NCBI GenBank assembly: GCA_965237525.1 | Contig: CBDEFO010000008.1 | Coordinates: 256,001-320,000 of the forward strand | Direction: 5' to 3' | DNA length: 64,000 nucleotides | Source: Candidatus Latescibacterota bacterium | Lineage (GTDB): Bacteria; Latescibacterota; CBDEFO01 | In this document: in pieces, positions 42,352 through 52,438 of the stretch | How the letters are laid out: each line of letters starts with the position of its first letter | How positions within the stretch are numbered: the first letter of the stretch is position 1 | The notes under the pieces: generated by a model | What the model was told of the DNA's origin: nothing | Database searches by the model: none | The model's input: only the letters and a program-made list of their open reading frames with translations | Translations under genes and position numbers: made by a program

Positions 42352-43059
42352 TTAGGCTGGTACAGAATTCATGGCCTCGTACATCTCTTCTACTGTGACA
42401 AACTCCAAGCCCTTGTCCTGTGCAGATTCAATAATTTTCGGTAGAGCCGCAATAGTATTAGAACGATCTCTGCCACCATCATGTAACACAATGATAGAAC
42501 CATTCCTCATCAGCGAACGGACAGCCCATTCAATATACCAAGCTGGAACTCCATAAGGGTCTCGGGGGCAAATAGATCCCAAAACGAGTATATACCCTTT
42601 TTTGCGAGCAATTTCCATTAACATCGGCCCGAACCAGCCCTTGGCCGGACGCAGATAGAGAGGTTGGCTTCTTTGTTGAATCAACCCTTCTGTTTTATCC
42701 AGAGAATCTTCTACTTCAGTGCGGTCTCGTAAGACAACTCGTTTATCCTCATAGAAGTGATTAGCTATCTGATGACCCCTATCTCGAATCTCTGCGAAAA
42801 GTTCAGGATATTTCTCAGCCTCTTTACCAATGATGAAGAATGTGGCTCTAATATCATATTTATCCAGGATCTTCAGCACCTTTGGCGTATTTACAGGATG
42901 TGGACCATCGTCAAATGTTAAAGCTATGTAGGGCTTATCTGCGGTACCAAACCACATTACATCGGGTACTATTTTACTAACTACATTAACTATGGGAAAG
43001 GGTTCATATAAAGCAAGAACAATACAAAGAGAAGTAAAAATGACAGCATAAATCCACAT
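42352..43059 (-). CDS. Polysaccharide deacetylase (CE4)
   Basis: ALTFDDGP, ATFF, NH, LRP, IVLHDG motifs. Confidence 0.9.
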   Translation of the reverse strand: MWIYAVIFTSLCIVLALYEPFPIVNVVSKIVPDVMWFGTADKPYIALTFDDGPHPVNTPKVLKILDKYDIRATFFIIGKEAEKYPELFAEIRDRGHQIANHFYEDKRVVLRDRTEVEDSLDKTEGLIQQRSQPLYLRPAKGWFGPMLMEIARKKGYILVLGSICPRDPYGVPAWYIEWAVRSLMRNGSIIVLHDGGRDRSNTIAALPKIIESAQDKGLEFVTVEEMYEAMNSVPA

Positions 43060-43194
43060 AATTCGGATTGTTCTTCTCCTCAAAAAGTGCACGCTTAAGG
43101 AAAGGAAACTACGGACATTCCAGGTACTTCCCCTCGAATCTGTGCAAACCATGATATACCTGAAGGCTATGTTATGCGATTGAAATTATTTCAA

Positions 43195-44484
43195 TTATTC
43201 TAAATTTTGAACATCAATTTTTCCCTGCTTTTCATCGACCTTATATAAAAGAATCCCGCCGAGAATAAATAAGATCACAATAGAACCAATTCCAGCCCGT
43301 GAAGCTATATTCTCCGAGTATCCAATATTTTGAGCAATCATACCCACACCGCCTATCAGAAGTGGGCCAATTATTGCGGCGAATTTTCCGAGCATATTAT
43401 AAAAGCCGTAAAACTCAGCCACTTGATTAGGCGGGATCAGTCGAGAGTAAAACGAACGACTTAATGCTTGGACTCCACCTTGAACCAATCCAATAACTCC
43501 TGCCAGGATATAAAATTCGTAGATGTCGGTCATCAACATTGCAAACATTGTAACGAAGAAATACACAATAATTCCAATGAAAATTGATTTCTTGACGTTC
43601 CACTTTTGACCGAGCTTTCCGAACGCTATAGCGCTTGGAAATCCGACAAACTGTGTTATCAGAAGTGCCAAAACTAAATCACATGGCTGGAAACCGATGG
43701 ATAGTCCAAAATCCACAGCCATACGAACGATTGTATCCACACCGTCTATATAAAGCCAATAAGCAATTAAGAATAAGAAAGTCATACGTAACTGTCTAAT
43801 TTTTCGGAAGGTATAGCTTAATTGCTGGAACCCAGCTATAATCAGATTTTCCGAAGAGACAACATTTGCTTTTTCTTCTTTTACCCATATAATCAAAGGA
43901 ATTGTAAATAATCCCCACCAGAGTCCGACGGTTAAGAACGTAAATTTGATAGCTTCATCCGGATTTTCTAACCCAAACAGATCAGGCCTCTGGTACATCA
44001 TTACATTGATAGCGAATAAAATTCCTCCGCCCAAATAACCAAGAGCGAATCCCAATCCTGATATATAATCAATCTTTTCTTCGCTGGCCACCGAAGGAAG
44101 GAGGGAATCATATAAAACATTTGCACCCGAAAATCCGATTATTCCAATTCCATAAATAATCGAAGCAAGCACCCATTGTCCCTGTCCCAATAGAAAGAGA
44201 GTTGAGGTCATTAGAACACCAACATAGGCAAAGAAAATAAGAAATCTCTTTTTTTGCGAACCTCGGTCGGCAATCGCTCCAAGTATTGGGGCAGAGGCTG
44301 CAACAATCAGGCTTGCAACGGAATTAGCAATTCCCAACCTAAATGTGGATTCAGTATCATCAACGCCTGCATTCCAAAAAACTTTGAAAAAAATGGGGAA
44401 AAACCCAGCCATTACTGTTGTGGCAAAGGCCGAGTTGGCCCAGTCGTACATCGCCCAGCCGAAAATTTGTTTTTTATTGTTCAT
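43195..44484 (-). CDS. MFS transporter, UMF1/Atg22 family
   Basis: WAMYDWANSAF, GYLGG, QALSRS, EFYGFY motifs; AT-rich. Confidence 0.92.
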   Translation of the reverse strand: MNNKKQIFGWAMYDWANSAFATTVMAGFFPIFFKVFWNAGVDDTESTFRLGIANSVASLIVAASAPILGAIADRGSQKKRFLIFFAYVGVLMTSTLFLLGQGQWVLASIIYGIGIIGFSGANVLYDSLLPSVASEEKIDYISGLGFALGYLGGGILFAINVMMYQRPDLFGLENPDEAIKFTFLTVGLWWGLFTIPLIIWVKEEKANVVSSENLIIAGFQQLSYTFRKIRQLRMTFLFLIAYWLYIDGVDTIVRMAVDFGLSIGFQPCDLVLALLITQFVGFPSAIAFGKLGQKWNVKKSIFIGIIVYFFVTMFAMLMTDIYEFYILAGVIGLVQGGVQALSRSFYSRLIPPNQVAEFYGFYNMLGKFAAIIGPLLIGGVGMIAQNIGYSENIASRAGIGSIVILFILGGILLYKVDEKQGKIDVQNLE

Positions 44485-44635
44485 GTAACTCTCCCGCAGC
44501 TTTAAATAACCCTCTGCCGTGATCACCGCCGGATAGACGGAGTTAGCAAAATCATAAAGGTCCCAGTCACACTATCCGCCTGGTTTTTCATTGTCACCTC
44601 CTACGGTAGAGGAATAACAGAGATCCCACTCAAGG

Positions 44636-45211
44636 TCAATCCCGATCTCGGAATCCCAATACTATTGATCCTATATGTTCATCTACGTTGGATCTTGTGA
44701 GCTGGAGGACAAGCTCCTCTGTAGATGATAGAATAAACAGTCCAATTGCCACGTAGAATAGGTCTTGATGATAGCTGAGTATGAGAGCGTGGACTATGAA
44801 GATATATCCGACAACCCCCACTACTTTGCTTGAGTAGAGATGCATATTGGCAAACCTTCTGAATTTTAACCAGCCCACCAATAGAGATAATGCATACAGA
44901 AGTATAGACGTAAAGGACAATACCCGATGATCTGCAATTATTTCTGGTCTCAATATGAAAATCCATACTATTACTGAGGGTATGAGCAGATTATCCGCCA
45001 AAGAATCCAATTTGCTGCCGAGCCCAGTAGCTTGGTTGAATCTTCTGGCCATCAGACCGTCCAGAACATCTGTCAGACCTACCATGATTAGTCCGATACC
45101 AACGTAAAATGACAATTTCATAAGGGCCAAAATCCATAAGATTGGAATTAGGAATAATCTCAAGCCTGAGAGTTGATTTGGAGCCGTTTGGAACTGTTTA
45201 AGAACTTGCAT
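44636..45211 (-). CDS. CDP-alcohol phosphatidyltransferase family protein
   Basis: PN.LS..R; TDVLDGLMARR...GSKLDSLAD. Confidence 0.9.
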   Translation of the reverse strand: MQVLKQFQTAPNQLSGLRLFLIPILWILALMKLSFYVGIGLIMVGLTDVLDGLMARRFNQATGLGSKLDSLADNLLIPSVIVWIFILRPEIIADHRVLSFTSILLYALSLLVGWLKFRRFANMHLYSSKVVGVVGYIFIVHALILSYHQDLFYVAIGLFILSSTEELVLQLTRSNVDEHIGSIVLGFRDRD

Positions 45212-45262
45212 GGATTCTCCGCGCTTTGGGACAGTGTTCTCTATGCTGGAAAATTGCCCCGT

Positions 45263-46491
45263 TTAGCTACCTGAATCTGACAGACTGGAAACCATCTGCT
45301 GAACTTCGTTTTCTAATTCTAACGTAATACGCTGTATGGTGTCTCTTTTATCGTTCTTGTAAGTTTTATAAGCGTCCAACACATTTATAGGAGTGGCAAC
45401 ACGGATGAGAGCCGTACTGGGTCCTTTCGTTTTAGGGCTGCCGTAGGCTTCTCTTTCCAACCGGGCGATGACTTCCAGAAAGCGTTCCTGAGATGGCTTT
45501 TCACCGACGTACCCTTCGTAGATGGCAATAAAGTTCACGATTCGGCTAAGGTCTAACTAAAATTGTCGAAATTTGTCGAGACGCTCTTCGTGGATCTCTT
45601 TTCCATATTCCGTCATCTCATCCGCATCCCGGTAAACCTCCTCATCGACCCAATTCTGAATAGTCCGAACCCGATTTAGAGGAAGAGCTCCGGAGCGGGG
45701 AACAATTTCCATAAAGTTCTCCATCTGTGACAGAATATGTTCTCTCGGATGTTGAATGCGCTCGTTGAGTGAACTTTCCTCGCTTAGAGGAAGTTGATAT
45801 TCCTTTGCCAGTGTTACCTATAGGACAGCCCCCACGTTTTGGAGGCGATCGTATAAATCTTCTGATAGATTTGAATTCTTTGGCAGGATTTTTCTCTCTA
45901 ACTTCGCGAGTGCCTTCTCGATCTTACCCCACATATCTTTCTTGTAGATATACTTGATAGCCACAGGCAAAACGTAAATAGGTTTTACTTGGCCAGACTT
46001 CTTCATATCGTCCAGTGCCCAGAAACCCAACTGTACAACGCCACTTTCAAAGGGCATCACCGTATCGTTCTGGTGTGAGATTTCTCCCTCAGCAAAAATG
46101 ACCAATTTACGCTTTCCTTCTGAGAGGGTCTCTCGCGTTATCCGAAACGATTCGCGATCAACGGCACCGTGCACCACTGAATAGACCCCGAGGCGCTGCA
46201 TGAAAATTCCCTCAGACCGCCTCCACCGCGGAGGTGGAGAGTCTCCCGTGCTGCTACATAGCGGAATCGCTCCCCGAGGAGTTTTGAGAGCGCAAAGATT
46301 ACAGAAGCATCTTCAGGGCTTGGATGGTTAGGTACCATTACGGTAGCGAATCCGGCAGTCGCTCTTAACCTCTCCTGAGATTCAACGTCAACTTCTAAAC
46401 TTAAACCCTTCAGTCGCATGATTAAGGGCACCAGCTACTTGGCTGGCCCAAGGACGAAATCATGCTCTTTCGGAGGTTTGAAGTCTAACAT
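45263..46491 (-). pseudogene. 1-acyl-glycerol-3-phosphate acyltransferase-like pseudogene
   Basis: MLDFKPPK start, PNHP..ED, IFAEGE, PVAIKY; several frameshifts and a TAG at 45557-45559. Confidence 0.8.
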
Positions 46492-46588
46492 TGTGAGCTA
46501 CTTGGCATTACGCTTTCCACGAGGGGCTTGTAGCAGATAGGAATGGAAGGAGGTATCCCCATCTAATTTCAATCTGTTACGATCTGGT

Positions 46589-46879
46589 TTATGTCTTGGA
46601 CGGTGGGATATTGGGAAAACTTAGGCCGCAAAAGGTTGAGGGGATAGATTCCGAAAGTTCATCATGCGACATGCACTCGTCCAAGAGGACGAAATATTCC
46701 TTTTGCGATGCAGCGTACTTTTTGTGGGGCGAGGCCACATTGCAGTCGGCGGAGCCAGCTCCGAATTCCCGCTCTATCGCTTCCTTCAACTTCGGATGGA
46801 CGATCTTACCTTTGATATTTTTCTTGTATCGTGTCTCCTCTTCGAACTTGCGTATCTGTTCGTAGAGGTGGTCGTACAT
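46589..46879 (-). CDS. Hypothetical protein (possibly a fragment)
   Basis: Open frame only; no motif recognised. Confidence 0.3.
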   Translation of the reverse strand: MYDHLYEQIRKFEEETRYKKNIKGKIVHPKLKEAIEREFGAGSADCNVASPHKKYAASQKEYFVLLDECMSHDELSESIPSTFCGLSFPNIPPSKT

Positions 46880-47118
46880 CGGCCACGCTGAAGAAGAGGA
46901 AGTTTAGGACCTTTGAATTCAGGCATAGACTTCCCCTTTACCCTTAGCTACTATATCTCACACGTCAGACAGGAATGTCTGACCCACCGGGTTCGCCCCT
47001 ACTTGTCTTTGCTTTCCCCCAGCTTATTGAAGTTAAGGAGATGGGAGGTGGTGCCCTGTCTACTGACTACCCCCGATTGAATCCCCGATTGAGTCTATCG
47101 GGGAGCGGGGGCTCCTGT

Positions 47119-47853
47119 CTACTTATTTTTGTCCTCCACCTTTTTTATCTTGTCGAGCCTCCTCTGATGTCTGCCTCCTGCAAAGGCAGTGTCAAGCCAG
47201 ATCTTTACTATCTGTATAGCCATCGGTTCGCCAGTCATATACGCCCCTAAGGACAAAAGATTTGCCCCCACCTTACTCCTTGCCTCCCTTGCCATCAAGG
47301 TGTCCCAACAGACGGCGGCGTAGACCCCTGGAACTTTATTGCACACGATCGCCGATGCAAAACCGCCGCCATCTATCACGATCCCTGTACCACATTCCCC
47401 CTCAGATACGGCGTTTGCCACTTTTTCAGCTATATCAGGATAGTCCACAGGCTGAGTCGAAGATGTTCCGAAGTCCACTACGTCCCTTCCGTTCTCCCTT
47501 AAGAATTTCTTGATCGCCTCTTTCATGGCGTAACCGCTGTGGTCTGATCCCAAAGCGACACGTTCGAAAGAGGATTCGGGAATCTGGGTGGAGTCTGAAT
47601 CTGCAGTGAGATTTTCGGCAATCGTAAGAGATATTCCGGCCTTTCTCATCTTGTCTTGTGCTAAAGGAGTGACTATAACTTTCGTCTTGGCAGAGATATC
47701 CCTACAACCTTTCGAGATAGCCGACGAGACATCTTCTGCAGTAATCACGGACTTTTCAAAGACGATGGAGAGTTTATGCTCACCCCTCTGACTCCGGGTC
47801 AATCTTGCTATCACCTCTTCGACGATTTTGGCTATTTGATCTTCGTTCAACAC
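47119..47853 (-). CDS. rpiB: RpiB/LacAB sugar-phosphate isomerase with an N-terminal extension
   Basis: LGSDHSGY, DYPD, NKVPG, FAGGRHQRR; ~95 extra N-terminal residues. Confidence 0.85.
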   Translation of the reverse strand: MLNEDQIAKIVEEVIARLTRSQRGEHKLSIVFEKSVITAEDVSSAISKGCRDISAKTKVIVTPLAQDKMRKAGISLTIAENLTADSDSTQIPESSFERVALGSDHSGYAMKEAIKKFLRENGRDVVDFGTSSTQPVDYPDIAEKVANAVSEGECGTGIVIDGGGFASAIVCNKVPGVYAAVCWDTLMAREARSKVGANLLSLGAYMTGEPMAIQIVKIWLDTAFAGGRHQRRLDKIKKVEDKNK

Positions 47854-47989
47854 AGAAAAGTCCCAAAGCTGGCAGGTTCAAGCTGCGTTGCAGAGCATTC
47901 GCATTACGTAGTAGAAGTAATATATTGAAGTACAGTTCCCAAGTCAATATACAAAACTTATTGCATATCCCTTATCTTCAATTTTCCAT

Positions 47990-48016
47990 TAAAGATTCCA
48001 TCTGATCTGCCGATAA
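47990..48016 (+). promoter_or_regulatory. Sigma-28 (FliA) promoter
   Basis: TAAA-15 nt-GCCGATAA, a full consensus match upstream of flagellin. Confidence 0.85.
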
Positions 48017-48072
48017 ACAAGAACAGATAGGCAGCTTAAATTGTAGAATCGTCAAAATTTTACGTAAAGAAT

Positions 48073-48100
48073 TAAAGTTTCAGATAAAAGTTGACGATAA
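48073..48100 (+). promoter_or_regulatory. Second sigma-28-like promoter
   Basis: TAAAGTTT-12 nt-GACGATAA. Confidence 0.6.
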
Positions 48101-48137
48101 TTCTACGTAGAGACGAAAATCGCTAAAGGAGGTGATT

Positions 48138-48185
48138 ATGATCCCATCCGAAGTTCGTCGGCTCCTTCGGACAGAATCAAATTGA
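48138..48185 (+). CDS. Putative 15-aa leader peptide (MIPSEVRRLLRTESN)
   Basis: Strong RBS AAGGAGGTGAT immediately before the ATG, within the flagellin leader. Confidence 0.45.
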   Translation: MIPSEVRRLLRTESN

Positions 48186-48198
48186 GCCGTCAACAGAT

Positions 48199-48277
48199 GG
48201 GGCACGGACGCCCCGGACAAACCGTAGGGCTCCAAATCTTTCTGGAGCCAAAAGGTAGAATTTAACACGGAGGTTAA
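48199..48277 (+). promoter_or_regulatory. CsrA-type GGA hairpins in the flagellin 5' UTR
   Basis: GGGGC-ACGGAC-GCCCC and TTAAC-ACGGAG-GTTAA (this loop is the RBS). Confidence 0.6.
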
Positions 48278-48280
48278 GAA

Positions 48281-49510
48281 ATGGCAAGAATCAACACTAA
48301 CATCGCTGCGTTGAACGCCCTCAACGCGTTGAGGAGCATCAACAAAAGGCTTGATATCCATCAGCTCAGACTGGCCACGGGTAAGAGGATCAACACCGCT
48401 GCCGACGACGCTGCGGGATTGTCCATAGCCAATAAGCTGAAGGTAAGAGCGGAAGGTCTGGGTGTTGCAATCAACAATATAGGCGACGCCAAAAATCTCT
48501 TGGCCATCGCCGAAGGACACCTGCAGACCATCAGCGACACCCTGGGAACGATGAGAGCCAAAGCCGCCCAGGCGGCAAACGACACTCTGGGAGCTTCAGA
48601 GAGGACTACTCTAAAGAACGAGATAGAGCAGTTGGCCTCGGAGATTGACGACTAGGTGAGTCAGGCTCTGTTCAACAACATCGAGATCTTGAAAACCACG
48701 ACTTCCTCTTTTGATTTCCAGGTGGGAGCCGGAACTCTCGATACCATAACGTTCGATCTTACGGATGCGTCTACTTCAGGATACGCAACAGGATACACAG
48801 CAGCGCAGCTGGATGTGGTTGTAGGCTCTGCGACTGCTTCTGTCGCCACGACCTTCGATCCCGCAGGTTTAACTGTGGCTGTGGCTACTTCCCCTACATT
48901 CATTAACTCCGGCTTAACTGAACTTACGGAGGGGTTCTACACAGTGGAAGTGACAGCCGTAGCCGCCAACTCTGCCGGGGCAGGTACTATCACGTTCCAG
49001 GTAAGAGATTCAGCTGGCGTTATCGTCAATATCGATGCAGATGGACTCACAACAACAACATCAGACACAGATGCCTCTGTAGATCTTGCTTTCACGGGAT
49101 TGGACCCCGCCGTCTTTGACACGGGTGTCGGATTTACGATAGATTTCTCAGCGTTATCGTCTGCGACCTCAAATCCCACGTCGTTCGGTATCCAATACGA
49201 ACCTGATGGCGGCAGCGTAGCTAGCAACGCCAATGCTTCGGCTTTCGTCCAGAAGCTTGACGACGCCATAGCCAATGTCTCTGAAGGGCTGAGCTATTTG
49301 GGGGCATTTACCAACAGGCTGTCGGTCAAAGAGGATTCGCTGGCAACTGCTCAGACGAACACCGAGTCATCCAGAAGCAGGATCCAGGATGCTGACATAG
49401 CGCTTGAGCAGTTAGAGGCCACCAAGCTGCAGATACTGCAGCAGACGGCCGTAGCTATACTGGCTCAAACCAACGTAGCTCCACAGGTAGTACTGGCACT
49501 CTTCGCGTAA
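48281..49510 (+). pseudogene. fliC: Flagellin with an in-frame TAG at 48653-48655
   Basis: RINTN, LATGKRINTAADDAAGL N-terminus and SRIQDADIA..ILQQ..VLALF C-terminus in one frame, separated by a single TAG. Confidence 0.92.
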
Positions 49511-49716
49511 ACCTGGTAAACCTTAAACCTATTGAGAATAGGGGGACAGACGGGATACTTCTCCCTCCTGTCCTCCTCCCTTCTCAAAATAGGTAGGAAG
49601 TAGATAGGGGCGCAACAGTTGCCCCCTTGGGCTATTTTAACGAAGAACACAACCAACAACTTATGTGAATCCGGACAGGGAAGACCGGACACCTACAGCC
49701 AAGGAGAAGAACAAGA

Positions 49717-50074
49717 ATGGCGTCATATCCAGCTTTCGCAGCTCCGAGAACACAGTTATCTAGTGTGTACAATAACTATAAAGACCAGGAGATATTAGCG
49801 GCAAGTCCGGAGCGTTTGACTCTCTTCATATTCGATTTTGCAGTCAAAGGTTGTAAGAAGAAAAAAGAGGATGAAGTCAGCAGGGCTTTAGTCCAGCTCA
49901 TAGATTCTCTAAACTTCGAGTATGAGGACGTTGCAGTGGGGCTCTATCAGATTGTACGAATACTGTATGAGGATGGTAAAAGAGAGGGAATTTGAAGTTC
50001 CCTTGGAATTATTAAGTGAACTTCGTGACACTTGGGCAACGGCCATGGGTGAACAAACTCTGCCTGAGTCTTGA
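49717..50074 (+). pseudogene. fliS: Flagellin chaperone FliS, frameshifted by one extra base near 49947
   Basis: Y...EI..ASPERL, L..SLNFE; the corrected frame continues LYRLYEYC..LSELRDTW. Confidence 0.85.
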
Positions 50075-50115
50075 TAGAAGTTAGTTACTTAAATATGAGG
50101 AAGTAGGTACAAAAG

Positions 50116-51870
50116 ATGGCAAGTATTTCATCTACATCCGGTATCAACTCTCTGGTTTCTCAGTTTTTGGCTTTAGAGAGGCGTCCCGTAACTTCCCTGG
50201 AAAGCAAGAAGTCCACCATAAACCGGCAGATAGCGGTCTTTACGGATCTCAATACTTCTCTTTCCAAGCTGGAAGATCTTGCAACGGATCTGGCTGATAC
50301 TGAAACCACTTCTATTTTTGATGATAAGACGACTTCGTCTTCCGAGATAGACTCAGTTACCGCTACGACCGCGTCGGGAGCTGCGGCTGGAAGCTACACC
50401 TTCCGCGTGAAGCAGTTAGCCACATCCACCTCTTTTAAGAGCACAGGCGATCTTAACACTTCCGCCGGGACCAAAAGTTCACCACAGGTGGTGGACGGCG
50501 CCACAAATAATCTGGATACCACACTGAGCTTTGCAGATGCGGGATTCGACAACACTCCCGACGGTACCGTTACGGTCAACGGTCAGACGTTCACCCTTGC
50601 GGACTACAGCACAGTGGATGCCTTTATAGATGCCATAAACGACGACGCTACTGCGGCGGCCAACATCTATTACGACCAGGACGAGGACAAGTTCGTCATA
50701 GAAGCCGACAACGGAGGCGCCAGCATAACCATATCTGAGACCGGAACTGTGGGATTCTTTACAGAGGTCAATATTGCCACAGGGACGTTTACCACCAACA
50801 GCGGAGCCGGCGTTCAGACGGACGTGCTGCTTTACAAAGCCAACTTCGACACAGCGCTTGCAAGCACACATTCAGGGAGTTTCAAAATAAACGGCACCAC
50901 GATAACCTTCGACGCTGACGAAGATACGTTCAACGAGGTCCTATCCAGGATAAACAGCTCGGAGGCGGGGGTCACAGCTTTCTACGACAACAGCCTCGAC
51001 AGAGTAGTTATAACCTCAGACACGACCGGAAGCGAAGAGATAGTATTCTCGGACATCAGCGGCACCTTCTTAAGTAGCGTGTTGAAGCTCTCAGGCGTGA
51101 CACAGACCACAGGACAGGACGCCCTCTTTACGCTAAATAGTACAGATTCGGCCGACGAGATAACCCAGTCGTCCAACACGTTCGAGATAAACGGCGTGAC
51201 GTTTACGCTCAAAGCTACGAACGTTACCCTCTACACAGACTCCTCGGACGCTACGGTGACCGTAAGTCAGGACACCGCCGCTCTAGAGAGCAAGATAAAG
51301 AGCTTCTTGAGTCAGGTCAACAGCACTCTGAATTTCATCAAGGCAAAGTCGGCTGTCAACGCTGACACATCCTTCAGGGGCGTACTTGCGGGTAACACCA
51401 CGTTCAGAAGTCTGAGGCGGGATGTTCTGGATATCCTGACGGACGACGTATCGGGAGCTTCAACAGGCAAGCCGCAGAACCTGGGAGAAATAGGTATAAC
51501 CTTCGACGACGACCTACAGGTGAGCCTCTCAGATACAGCTCTTTTGGCGTCCGAGCTATCTGAAGATTCCGAGGCGGTTGAGCTCCTGTTCAACTCCACA
51601 AACGGCGTCGCCGCAAGGATAGAGGCCCTTTTGGAGCCGTTTACCGAAACCAACGGAATAATTGACGACATAAAGGACAGCTCCAGCGACCGGATTGAAA
51701 GGATCGATACTCAAATAGAGAGACTCGAAGAGAGAATCTCCCGAAAAGAGATCAGCTTCAGACGGAAGTTCTCACAGGCGCAGCAGTCTTTGAATCTGAT
51801 ATTAAGACAGCAGTCAATAGTTCAGAGTTTTCTCGGATTTTCGGAGAATTTCACTTTGTCTACGTTTTAA
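50116..51870 (+). CDS. fliD: Flagellar filament cap protein
   Basis: SGI..LV..L..ER.P, V.QLAT, GQDA, SSNTF..GVT.TL, L.EIGI motifs. Confidence 0.92.
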   Translation: MASISSTSGINSLVSQFLALERRPVTSLESKKSTINRQIAVFTDLNTSLSKLEDLATDLADTETTSIFDDKTTSSSEIDSVTATTASGAAAGSYTFRVKQLATSTSFKSTGDLNTSAGTKSSPQVVDGATNNLDTTLSFADAGFDNTPDGTVTVNGQTFTLADYSTVDAFIDAINDDATAAANIYYDQDEDKFVIEADNGGASITISETGTVGFFTEVNIATGTFTTNSGAGVQTDVLLYKANFDTALASTHSGSFKINGTTITFDADEDTFNEVLSRINSSEAGVTAFYDNSLDRVVITSDTTGSEEIVFSDISGTFLSSVLKLSGVTQTTGQDALFTLNSTDSADEITQSSNTFEINGVTFTLKATNVTLYTDSSDATVTVSQDTAALESKIKSFLSQVNSTLNFIKAKSAVNADTSFRGVLAGNTTFRSLRRDVLDILTDDVSGASTGKPQNLGEIGITFDDDLQVSLSDTALLASELSEDSEAVELLFNSTNGVAARIEALLEPFTETNGIIDDIKDSSSDRIERIDTQIERLEERISRKEISFRRKFSQAQQSLNLILRQQSIVQSFLGFSENFTLSTF

Positions 51871-51893
51871 GGTGTTATACTGAGAAATTTTCA

Positions 51894-51922
51894 TTGACAT
51901 CTAACATTTTCTTCTGTATCTT
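51894..51922 (+). promoter_or_regulatory. Sigma70-type promoter
   Basis: TTGACA-17 nt-TATCTT upstream of flaG. Confidence 0.55.
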
Positions 51923-51982
51923 TTTGATGAAACGCAAAAGAATAGGGGACGTTGATCTCAACTCACAAGGAGGTGAGTTACA

Positions 51983-52354
51983 ATGGCAGAATTTGAAATA
52001 CAACCGTTATCCAGTACGGCAGAGTCCCCTCCTGTAAGCCCCCGTGCACGAGGTCACAAGGCCGAGCGCCCAAAATCTGATGAAAAACAGGTAGAAGAAC
52101 AGAATCGGACCCCTGAGAAAGATTCGGCTAAAGCTGTAGACAAATCGGTCGAAAATAGAAGAAAAAGGGTCGTTGCTGAGGAATTGATGAGACACGTCTC
52201 GTTTTCAGTCAATCAGGAAATGGGCCAGGTAACGGTCGAAGTCATCGACGATGAGACTAAAGAGGTAATACGGCAGATTCCTATGCAGGAAGCTATCAAA
52301 TTTAGAAACAAAATAGAGGAGCTATTGGGCACGTTTGTCGATAGGGAAGCGTGA
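51983..52354 (+). CDS. flaG: FlaG family protein
   Basis: V.VID.ETKEVIRQIP..E, G.FVD motifs; AAGGAGGTG RBS. Confidence 0.9.
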   Translation: MAEFEIQPLSSTAESPPVSPRARGHKAERPKSDEKQVEEQNRTPEKDSAKAVDKSVENRRKRVVAEELMRHVSFSVNQEMGQVTVEVIDDETKEVIRQIPMQEAIKFRNKIEELLGTFVDREA

Positions 52355-52438
52355 CCGGAACATTCCACGTCAAAGACCTATCTGTAGAAGTAAGCTCTTT
52401 AAGATCCAGCCACTACTAAAGGCAAGTAATGTGATCAG

